The notes under the pieces were generated by a model, which saw only the letters and a program-made list of their open reading frames with translations, searched no databases and was not told where the DNA came from. Made by a program: the position numbers and the translations under genes. DNA of 64,000 bases from Bugula neritina (taxonomy: Eukaryota; Animalia; Bryozoa): contig OZ037771.1 of assembly GCA_964035545.1 (NCBI GenBank), positions 1,747,628-1,811,627 of the forward strand, given 5' to 3'. This document shows, one piece after another, positions 49,801-60,900 of the stretch; position 1 is the first letter of the stretch; every line of letters starts with the position of its first letter.

Positions 49801-52800
49801 CTAACTTACTTCTTAGCTATCATAACTTACCTCTTGGTAATATAACTTACTTCTTAGCTATAATAACTTACTTCTTGGTAATCTAACTGAATTCTTGGCT
49901 GTAATAACTTACTTCTTGACTATGATGACTTACTTATCTTATTATAGAAGCAGATAAACTGCCAACCGCCTAATGATTTCAGGATAAGTGGTGTGAACAC
50001 TAATGATGATCTTATAAGTCTGTGTTAAGCTAGAGTAAATAATACCCCCTTCAAGTAATCCAGTAGCCTCTAGTGTCTCAAACATTCACACAAACACGTA
50101 TAGACATACAATATGGATGCCCTAACGTGGGAGCTACCAATCAACTGGTGGGATATTTATACAGCAGCAGCGTGTGCAAATAACACTGCGTGTATACCTG
50201 ACATTAAACTCTCAACTTGGGTGGCATTCAACGAAATCAAACAAAAGTCAAAGATTGATTAACTGCATAGAGAAGTACAAAGAATTACTTTTTATATTCT
50301 TACTATGCAATCCCTTGACATTTTCTAAAAATAGAAATGTGTGTGCCGTAAGAAATAGAATTCTGAACTTTCAGCTGAAACATATGCTTGTTAAATAGAT
50401 AACAAGTCCTGAATGCAATAATTATAGAACTTAGTATAACTGCAGGCCAGCAGCAAAATGTGTGATTCTATTATTATATATATATATATCACATGTACAT
50501 AAAATTACAAAATGATAAGCCTATCTTTAATTAGTCGTGTTTGTATATAGCATAAAATAGGTATAAAAATATGATTTTTCCTATAAAAAACAAGATTTTG
50601 CAAACCTAAAGATAAATATATGTGGTAGAAACAGAGTTTTCTCAAAAACTTGTAACTTACGTCATGAAACTGGAGTAGGTCTATAATTAGTGGAGTAAAA
50701 ACTGTATAGCAATTTATCCCACAGTCAACTGTAAATAAAGAGTCATGACTCTAACAATTAAGCCGTTACCAGCTTATGATGGTTGCTTACAGGTATTAAC
50801 ACACGACTTTACAGCTAATATTGATGTATCGCCCTCAAGTGAATAGGTAGACACAATAGTGTTATCCGAGATAATGCCAGTTAATTTGTTTTGTTCTTAT
50901 TCAAAATTGTTTTATTGTTGATAATAACAGCAAAGAAAATATTTGTGACAAGATCAAAGGTATTTCAGGTGTTTTATACATCTTTTAGTTATTGAAAAAG
51001 GTTAATTCACAGAAAGGGGTGTTTTTCACCAATTTTGTTCTTAGGAACTTAAAATCAACCAAATTTCAATTTATTTTATTTTTTCTGTTATTGTGCTAAC
51101 TAAGGGCATACTACATAAAATCTAAATCATTTATTAATAAATTAAAATGAACTAAAACATTTGAAATTATGCGCTTTTTGCTTTTACATATGAATGAATA
51201 AAAATAGTTTTGTGGGAAGCACATATTGCAGCACTGACTGCATTGGGTGTGGGAGAAAACGTAAACTTTGAATTCTTAAATCAGTTTAATCAAAGTGAAT
51301 TAAAACTGCAATGCGCAATCGAAATAAAGCTCATTGTCCTCAGCAGGTGTGTAGTAATGTTGACAATTTATGTAATTATATACACCACTTGAAAAAGTAA
51401 TTTGGTGATATCCACCACTTGAGTTTGTTATATCTATTAGCTAGAGATTAATTATATTGAATTAGGAATTGATCATAAATATCTTGAATACTACAGTAGA
51501 GTAGAATGTAAATATTCTCTGTAGATATTTGCTTTTATAAAAGCCAATTCAATCACTCATGACTTTTGCTATTATTTACTTTGGATATGTTTACTTGCTT
51601 CAAACCCCTCTGGCTATTAACCGTGGGATATTTATACGAGCAAACCATGTGTGTATAAATTATATATGAGATAGTAAGCCATTTATTCCAAGGGGTTTGC
51701 AAAGGGAATACACACTGAGCTTATGCTATGCTAGTGAAACAGTATCTAGAAAGAAAAGAAGCAGAGTTTATAACATGTCGTTCATTATATAGCCTGGGAT
51801 ATTAGTTGAAACCATTTAAGGGCCATTGGTGATTACACCCTTCAATATTGTCTCCTGGTTATCCAATTTATAGCCATTTAGAGTCCTCACAACTACTTTT
51901 TGCAAAATATTATTTTTGGTTTAAATTATGTTTCTAATTATGATCCAGCCTTTGGACTGGGAGATGTATGCTACGTCTCCTTTACAAATAGCTGTTATCA
52001 ATCAAACCTAAGGCTACACAAAATTGCAAGTTGCTATACAAGTACATCTTTTTTAACAAAATAAAGTAAACTGTTGAAAGCATCAAATAATTTATATTTT
52101 GAAATGCAGAAAATGATAATCTGTTTACTTAGTGCTTGCATCACCAAAGTAATTTATTATTTAATAAAGAGCAGCCGTGGTGTAGGGGTTAGAGCTTTTA
52201 TTAGAGCGTTAATAAAAGTTAAACATTCTAATTTTGAAGCTTTGCTAAAAATTTAGGGTTGCATACAAATCACAAAACTCTTATTTATCCAAACAGTGTT
52301 TAGTATGTTGTAATTCATTTCAATTTAAAACAAACCTTTATCGTCATGTTATTTTCAAAGATTCGAAGTATAAAAAGCTTGCAGCAAGTGTAGTTATAAA
52401 TGTGTTTGTTCTGATACATTTACCAAGTTGCTTTACAAAAAATAAGAGTCTGATTGAAACAGATGAATGCCACAAGTGGAACAACTTATATAAGATGGTC
52501 AGACAATCCATTTCTAGTCCTGTAAACGCAGTTGAAAGGAGAAAGACTAATAACAAAGTTAGATATGGTTTACTAAAACAATATTACAGTCTGTGCGTGA
52601 TGTCATCTTCAGACTAACTAGAACAGCAAGCCATTAAATGTCAAATGTGAATGAATACACGACATACGTAACACTAGGTGAGTTAGATAATCAGTATGAT
52701 ATATGATAGTATTATCTTAGTAGCTCAAGGATCAAGTGAGACACTTTGAGATGAAACTAATTAATAATTTATAAACTTATTGACTCTTTCAGAGCTGATA

Positions 52801-55800
52801 TCTCAGGAGCATGCAGCTATAGTCAGCTAAGGTTACGTAAAGAAATTATTTGCATCTTTCTCTTCTGCATTGGGACTTATGGCTGAATTTTTGCACATAA
52901 GGGATATTTTAGACTACATCTAGCGTATGTTGCATTCAGTGGTCAAGATGTGGAAAAAATAGCGAGGATAAAAATGTAAGGTGTAACCCTGCATTACCAC
53001 TAGTTGTATATCATTCTTGTGGTCACAATTTATCCCCCTGTACTATGTATTATTTTATCAAATCTTATAATAAGGCTATTAATGATCAAGTTCCTTAACA
53101 CAGATATTTTCTTTAATTTTCAGACTTTTACTTTCTTAACTATAATGCTAAAAATTCAAAGTATTTAGACCAAAACTTATAGATTTTCTACTAGAAAAAG
53201 ATGGATTGAAAATATATTTATTTAATTCTGTACCTTACAATGAATCAAAGCTTGCTTGATATTAACAAGTGAATCTAGTATTAAATATACAGTAACTTTT
53301 AGAAATAAATGCACATTTAGGTAGAGGATATGTCACCCACCCGCAATGAATGCCATATTTGGCTAACTCACCTTTGCTATGGCTTGTCTGATTGTTCCCT
53401 TGGGAGGTTCTTTTAATGCAGACAGTCGGCGGTTTCTCGCTTAAAAGAGAAAAGAAACATTTTTACTCTAGGAAATGCAGTTTGCATGCTCCGATGTTTA
53501 CTCAAGGTTAACTATCTTGTCTGCATAAATAATAAGCTGCTGAGTTACTGCAAGCTACTGGAATATGATTGGTCAAGGGTGCAAACTGACAAGGAAAGAT
53601 GACTCCAGAATCAAACTGATCTGCTATGAACTTTGTAACACAATGACTATAAAAGTTGATAATCCCATATATGCTGCATATATACTACATAAACACCATA
53701 TATGTTATATATATGCCATATATACACCATAACATATGCTACACACCTATAGTTGCTATATAATTTATGCATCAATAGCATGAATATAGTAGACTATCTT
53801 GGTCACTAATTAAGAACTTCAAAAATATTATAGCTTATTAACACACTGTCTACGCACAGCAAAATAACTTTTGGTTATCATTTTAAGCAAGCAGTGTATA
53901 AAAATCACAACTTACTATCTTACCAACATGATGCATATTATGATCCTGCAGGTCCATTTCATATTTTATATATAATCATTACAATACATGAGAAGACAAC
54001 TACATATAGAAATATTTCACTGGTATTGGCTGTATTATTTGTTTAGATATTGAACAAAGCATTGTCATTGACTATGTAAGCACTGAAACATGCAGAACAA
54101 AGTTATAAATAATTCAGTGCACCATTAATGCGACAATGAAATAAAGGCAACAAACCAAGGTAAGCTTGCAAAACACACCTCTAACCATCCGCCGTGTTCT
54201 TCTGACCAGAACAGATGTGCTTCTCCTCCTAGACATCCGTCTTGTCCGATTAAACTGAGAGCTCGGCAGCATGCTGATAGCTGCTATATCTCCGCTGCTG
54301 AACGTCTTTCTGTGTATCCTCTTGCGTCTCCGGACAGCGTAAACTGTGACACAGATACAATCGGTTGGAATAAATGCAGCAGGAAATTAGCATTTTAAGC
54401 AATAATTGGATTAAAACGCATGTATTGGCTTCTTTAATTGAGCTTTATTGTGATGCTGCCTTAAGTTATGCCAATAACAGGCAGCTGCATCAATACTCTG
54501 CATCCTCTATTCACCGTGACACGAGGACAGATGTCAACAAGTGCACGAAGCCTTATAATGACTTCATTGCTACTGTATACCATGTGACTTCTCTACCACA
54601 AAAGATCTCCTGACAGATCTATCGCATTTAATTTTACAATGTGAAGTTTATGTTATTTAGCCTCAATTTATTTGCTGCTGGAAAATCTATTCAAAGTGCA
54701 AAGCTAAACATTTTGCCTCCTGGCTAAAAGTAGTTAAATCAGTAGTCATGATCAAAGCACAATTTAAAGTATGCGTCAACTTGCTTAATGACAGACCTCA
54801 GCATTTAATTGCACAAAGTATGGCTCCAGACAAGAAGCTGTTTCTAGTTACCAACTTTTATTAGGTTCTAAAGTAAACAGTGCAGAGACATTTTTTGATA
54901 TTTTCAATGATTTTTTAAAAATTAAGATTATACCACAAAGCTTTTAATCACATAACAAGTGCATCAATCAGCTGTATCTCAGCTTAACAATTGCAACTGG
55001 TTCAAGACTAATTTACCATAGTGCTGTTTTATTTGCATTAGCTCTGCATTTCCTTGTATTGTATAAAATCAGGCTTAGCTATTGTTTTAGCTTCTTCTCA
55101 TTATGATGATTGTATTCAAGCTTTGCTTAAACTATGTTATCAGGTGCAAAACTCCAAAAACAACTAGAAATAAATGTCTTTCGAAAGATTTTAGAGTTTA
55201 GTAGCATCTTATCTATTGTTCAACGCGAATTCTATTGCCTGTTAACTTATTTTCATTTGCTTTACTGCAATATTTTATTATACTGCAAAAACTGTTTCAT
55301 CATTAGTTTATTTAATTATCCAAACATTGCTCAAGCTACGGTTTCTATATTCAATTTAACTAAAATGAACCTGTAACTGTATTTGTATTATATAACTTTT
55401 GTTACATAAAGGCACATGCACTACAGCTGTGTCTTACTACCACAAAGTTGTTCATTTTGCCATTTTTAATACTAATTCAAAATTGCTTTTGACTTAAAAG
55501 AATATGTTATTCAAAATAAACTTTAAATCATAGACTAGTGTTAGAGAAAATTTCACAAAAATATTTTAATAAACAAAGAATATTAAGTAGCAAAACTGAA
55601 ATAGAAGATGTACTCTATACATACTTTGCTGTTCCTGGCCATCAATACGAGGTAGATGAGTGCCAATGTTCAACATTGTACTGATATTTTGTTCAGCTGT
55701 GTCTTGTCTTACTCAGCTACGCAGTAGAAAATGTATTGCAATTGTAGTTTTTTTTAAGATCAAACTTGAATAAACCAACTTTAAAGTCTATCTCCAAGTT

Positions 55801-55882
55801 GGATTCAGCAAAACCATTGATTGTTACCAAAATCTCAACCTGCTGGATTGGCGAGGGTGAGTGTTTTACAATCCACGAGCAT
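28888..55882 (-). CDS. KCNH2: ERG-subfamily voltage-gated K+ channel (KCNH2/6/7, seizure, UNC-103-like), PAS-less, ~855 aa
   Basis: Exons 55840-55882, 54179-54343, 53372-53439, 47425-47538, 42371-42423, 39447-39604, 38607-38739, 38095-38233, 37062-37284, 36582-36758, 34966-35165, 34478-34587, 33816-33958, 33451-33644, 31361-31490, 30695-30847, 30225-30325, 28888-29151; all phases join (2568 nt). ERG signatures: [95 protein letters not shown]. The core (33451-39604) is secure; the five N-terminal and four C-terminal exons rest mainly on splice and phase logic. Confidence 0.88.
29688..30215. repeat. (ACTG)n / (GTCA)n tetranucleotide microsatellite starting just inside the donor of KCNH exon 30225-30325
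   Basis: About 520 bp of GACT repeats with CTTATTTA interruptions. Confidence 0.95.
30998..31060. repeat. Short ACACTGCAAT-type repeat
   Basis: ctacactgcaatacactgtaatacactgcactacactgtaatacactgca. Confidence 0.7.
33178..33450 (-). repeat. 27-bp minisatellite derived from the donor-proximal intron of KCNH exon 33451-33644
   Basis: Unit GAGACGTAGGT(A/G)CTATTTATAG(A/G)TAAT, about 10 copies, ending at the real donor ATG|GTACGT. Confidence 0.92.
34838..34965 (-). repeat. Degenerate ~28-bp donor repeat (about x5) after KCNH exon 34966-35165
   Basis: Minus strand: GTGAGTAAGGACAACT.., GTGAGTGGGTACAACT.., GTGAGTGAAGACAACT.., GTGTAAGGATAACT.., GTGAGTAAGGAAAACT. Confidence 0.8.
44076..44225 (-). CDS. 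Candidate alternative first coding exon of the ERG channel
   Basis: [50 protein letters not shown]|GTATTA; its phase-0 donor matches the phase-0 acceptor of exon 42371-42423. Confidence 0.5.
47622..47746. repeat. AT-rich ~18-19-bp tandem repeat (ATATATATTATATTATACA)
   Basis: Visible tandem units ~85 bp upstream of the acceptor at 47539. Confidence 0.8.
49577..49654 (-). CDS. Candidate 78-nt phase-0/0 cassette exon in the ERG N-terminal region
   Basis: AATTTAG|[26 protein letters not shown]|GTAATG; open and frame-preserving; no homology support. Confidence 0.3.
49688..49933 (-). repeat. 20-21-bp repeat array in which most units carry AA|GTAAGT
   Basis: Plus-strand unit ~TAACTTACTTCTT(G/A)G(T/C)TAT, about 10-11 copies. 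Confidence 0.88.
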
Positions 55883-57971
55883 CTCTAAGATGGAGGAAGA
55901 AGCACATTGTTATTACTTAGGGGAGAACAGAAGAAGCTCTGCACATTTATAATAAAGGTTACTTAATGTAAATAATTACATGAGTTGAAAATGCTGCATT
56001 TAGAAAATATGTTTCAATCCTAGGCATTTAAAAGAGAGCCATTAATACATAACTACCAGAGCACTGTTAGTTTACCCCACAAATACTCTACATATAAAAG
56101 CAAATGGTCTTCTGGTGATAAGCTTGCACTAAATTTTACTTTTCCATGTATAGGAGGGTTTTTTTACACTTACCTCCAATGGTTGTAGCTGTGGGTTAGT
56201 TAGTGCAATATGTCTTCTTTTCTTCTTCAGTCAAGTTCAAGTACACAATTAAACTCTACACTACATTCAAACAAATATTTTACTTTATAAAGTGCAACAC
56301 TAACCTTGATTAATGCTATAGCAATTATCAATACATCATAGGATGCTGCCTTGCTTATTGTATATTGTGTAGCCTTTGTATGTATTGGAAATCTAGAAAG
56401 CAAATCCTGACCTTTCATGTATGATGAATGTAAACTTATAAACGAAGTTGCAGTCCAAGTAGATAGTTGATACAAGAAATGAATATAAGATTATTAAATT
56501 TACTTCTTGAGCAAAGCCTTCATCTCAACAGCATGCAATTTAATAATTATAGCATACGCTGTACATATTAAACCAATACGGACAGTGAATAGCCAAGTAT
56601 TATTTAGTTAGTTGGGAGTTATTAGCAATGAATTATGAAATCAATATTACTCATTCGAGTAGCCATAAAACTAGGCTAAAAACATAATAAACTTAGTATA
56701 ATGTATACAGTTTTACCACTCACCAATAACAAAGGAAAATATACTGCAGCTTACTAGCTCTCAGTTATAGAGCTTCAGACTAGAAAATTACAATATTCAA
56801 TTGTCTAGACAAGCTTTGAAATTCAACACGAGGTCAAATCAGCTGCAGAATATAGCAGTATATCATACTTTTGTGAATACAACTCTGATAACAATTGAGC
56901 ACATATTAGTTCCTAATAATATTATTGACTGTATGATTGGCAAAATTAAATTCCAAAATTTGTCATCAACTGAGAGAAGCAGACATGAACTCTCATTGGA
57001 TATAAATGCTGGTATGTGTCACTCATTCTCATTTATGCAAGAAATTTTCCAGAAACTTACACTACGAGCCATTTACAAACTTTCCAATTTACTTTCTCAC
57101 AAGAATGCTCAGATTGAGCAGCTGAAAGGCAAGTTTCTTATGACTGCAGCATGAAATAGCATGTAAAATGCTACAATAACATTTACTAGTGCTACTATAG
57201 CACACACTGGCACAGCAACTTTATATGTGCAGGTCTATATTATAGCTGCTTTATAACATGAAGAGCATACATAGGTTGGGCTAAGATTTGCAAAGCTTAT
57301 ATTTTAAGTGTGAACTAAAAAAAATAAATAAAGAGTTGACTGACAGTTAAAGACAAACAACAAATAAAATACATTGTAGCTGACAATATATACTTTTGAT
57401 TAGCCAATTACAAAAATATATTATAATTGCTGGTTTTATTAGTTTGAAGAGTTGTATAGCATGCAATAAATATATATATTATTATGAGCAAATGTATGTA
57501 TGTATTTTGTATACATTTACTGCTAACAAAATACTATTTACATTTGAGTAAATTCTCTTGAAATTATCACAACTACCAAAACATGTTTAATGGTAATCTC
57601 ATTATTTCATAAAAAATGTAAATTGAACAAAAACTACATTAATTCCGAATAAAATCACAATATAATTCATAAAATGAAGAACAGGTTAAAATGCTTAATT
57701 CACTTTTCAGTTCTAGGAAAATAACATGTATGTTATTTATAACTGATCACAAATATTGCGGCAATAAATAAAATTTTAGGTAACGCAGAATTTTCTGACT
57801 TATGTGAAAGAGCGACAGCAAATTGACCTGCTCAGCTCAACAAATGGTCAAATGATGGGTGAAAAGAAAAGCACAAAAGTTGCTTATATTTAAAGCTTAT
57901 AGCTAAATAAAATTCACCAGCCATCCTCAAACGCTGCTGCCAGAGTTGAAAGGCAAGTCAGCAAATCCTTT

Positions 57972-60900
57972 TCACGAGGAATGACTGTTGCTGACTTCCC
58001 AGACGATGAGATGACTCCAAAACACGGGACTGTCCTCACCGGGTTCACCTTCATCATCCCCTAAAACATGTACCGGCAGAGAGTGGAGTCAGAGAGTGAG
58101 CTGGGAGAGAGTGAGCTGGGAGAGTGAGCTGGGAGAGAGTGGGCTGAGAGAAAGTGGGCTAGGAGAGTGAGCTGGGAGAGAGTGAGCTGGGAGAGAATGA
58201 GCTGGGAGAGAGTGGGCTGGGAGTGAGTGAGCTGGGAGAGAGTGGGCTAGGAGAGTGAGCTGGGAGAGAGTGGGCTGGGAGAGAGTGAGCTGGGAGAGAG
58301 CGAACTGAGAGAGAGTGAGCTGGGAGAGAGTGAGCTGGGAGAGAGTGAGCTGGGAGAGAGTGAGCTGAGAGAGAGTGAGCTGGGAGAGAGTGAGCTGGGA
58401 GAGAGTGAGCTGGGAGAGAGTGAGCTGAGAGTGAGTGAGCTGGGAGAGAGCGAACTGGGAGAGAGTGAGCTGGGAGAGAGTGGGCTGAGAGAGTGAGGGG
58501 AAGGGAAGCTACTAGAGTTAGTCTAAATAACAGCCAACAGCAATTTATTATAGTAGTGAAGAGGATCTGATATGAGTAGACGACGGCAGAAGCTGAGGCA
58601 GCATCTCAACAAACAAACCATGTCAGCAAAATGCGCCGAGGCAGATAAAGGCACGAGAAGTAAAATGGAACAGCTTTAAGAGAAAGGAGAGGCAAATCAA
58701 GGTGGTATGAAACAGCAGAATGAGACAGAGGAGTGTTGTATGCCCAGGGATAGACCGTGTATTAGTAACAGGAAATGCTGTATTATCCAACCCCCCTGTC
58801 TGTTAGATTAAGTACTGATAGATAAGGATAAGCAGTCACTCAACTGTGGATCTTATTATACTATTGGACAGATAACAAGTTTTAGAGTCGTGGCTACGTG
58901 TTGCAGCTGAAGGGTGAAGTCAGCCGCTGCCGAGCAAAACTTCTGGTGCTAAAAGGCGGCAGCAACTGGGTTAGAATAGGGGAGACAACTCAATAGACCG
59001 GTAAAAGATAGATGCAGCGATATAGGGACGTACTGGAGTGGCATTAGTAGAGACTGAATCTACCACTTATATACAAGCAGAGGGAGGGAGTATTCATATA
59101 CTACTTATATACAAGCAGAGGGAGGGATATGGTCTACTGGGACTTTAGAACAGGCAGCCATTAAACAATTACTAGCAGCAGTTACAGATACTTGGATATA
59201 ATTATATTGACACAATAATGGAATAACAGACAGTTACCTTCAACAGTTGGCTGTCTCTCTAAAGCTAACATAAGAAAGGCAATTAGCATGTGTTGTATAA
59301 TCTATTAGCATGTGTTTTATAAGCTATTAGCAGTAGGCTATAGGAGCTACATACTACTACAGAGTACTACTACATACTACTACAGAGTACTACTACACAC
59401 TACTACAGAGTACTACTACATACTACTACAGAGTACTACTACACACTACTACAGAGTACTACTACACACTATTACAGAGTACTACTACACACTACTACAG
59501 AGTACTACTACACACTACTACAGAGTACTACACACTACTACAGAGTACTACACACTACTACAGAGTACTACTACACACTATTACAGAGTACTACTACACA
59601 CTACTACAGAGTACTACTACACACTACTACAGAGTACTACTACACACTACTACAGAGTACTACATACTACTACAGAGTACTACTACATACAACTACAGAG
59701 TACTACTACATGTCACCTACCAACTCTGAAGTCGATGTACCCTTCACCCCCAGACATAACTAAACTCGTCTCCTTACTGTTTCCAGCGATAGTGGAAAAG
59801 AATCTGCAAACACAATCAGAATGTCAAGCTACAATTAACAGCAATGTCACTGCCACCTCATGTAGTACAGCTGTATTCCATATACTCTACACATTAGCTT
59901 GACATGCAGTATCCATCGTAGATTTGCAAAACCTAGAAATATTTCAATATTGAACAAGAAAGCCACGTGAGCTCTGGTACTGTGGGTATGACATACATTG
60001 GGCCACAGGCTAAAATATAGCAAATTAACGAGGAGGTAATCTAATACGCACATGAAAAACCTTTAAACCTGAATGATACTGAATATAACAGTAAAAAAGA
60101 AAGCCACCAAACTAAGTTGACCACCAAATTAAAAGATAGGCATTGTAATAGAGGAGGGTGTCTCAACCGAAAGTTTTGTTAACATAGTATGCGAATACCT
60201 CACGCAATCTCTGTGTCCGTGATAGCTGAGTTGAGCCTGGCTTATATCACAGTACGGTACATAACTAGCAGGGGTCACCTGGTCTCCCTGGACATCCGAG
60301 TACACCCTCACAGCTCCACCTGGTGGCTTGTCTTTCCCAGGGATATCTACGGCTTTGCTTGTGTCCTGCTGATTTTCTACAAGACAAGTTTTGTATAGAC
60401 ATCATTGTCCAAATTTCAAACCTGCTCTGAAATCTAATGCTACAGAAAGAAGACAAATCCAACAACCTCTAAAAATAACAGCCTGTGTGAAAGTCTTGAT
60501 TTTAGTTTAGGTGAGATGTTTCTATGGGCAGACAACTTACAGAGATCAAATTCAAATGTCAGACTAATTTATTTAAAAATTTAGCAAATGATCAAACGTT
60601 TTCGCTGTGAAAAAATTGAAAGTTACTTCTTATTTAAGAAAAATTATACTTTGAACATTTTCAAGCTTTTAAAACAAAGGGAAGATAACCCACAATAATT
60701 ACCTAGAGTGAGTGGTATAGAAATGATGATACCGTTTCCTGTGCCGACCCACAACCTGCTACATGCAAGCTCCAATGACGTAACTCGACACAAGTTCTGC
60801 TTATCTTCTCCTGAAACAAGAATGAATAAATTAGAACACAGGCTATAAAGTAGTATTCACAACAAAACACAACAAAAAACAATTTCTCTCTCAACACCCA

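Noticed and set aside
51601-51700. Short inverted ends CAAACCCCT..AGGGGTTTG (and a similar case at ~43800-43877)
   Set aside because: Only ~9-bp inverted matches, with no clear TSD or second full copy in the window; possible MITE remnants but unsupported.
39605-57900. Expected eag/PAS-domain exons of the KCNH gene
   Set aside because: No MPVRRGHVAPQNTF-like or PAS-like peptide found by eye; an HMM search is needed to exclude a highly diverged one.
59312-59902. 196-aa plus-strand ORF ([12 protein letters not shown] repeats)
   Set aside because: Translation of an intronic minisatellite, antisense to JIP3 exons.
60377-60428. Upstream AG candidates near 60427 as the JIP3 exon acceptor
   Set aside because: They lead to in-frame TGA; the acceptor at 60377 gives the conserved frame.
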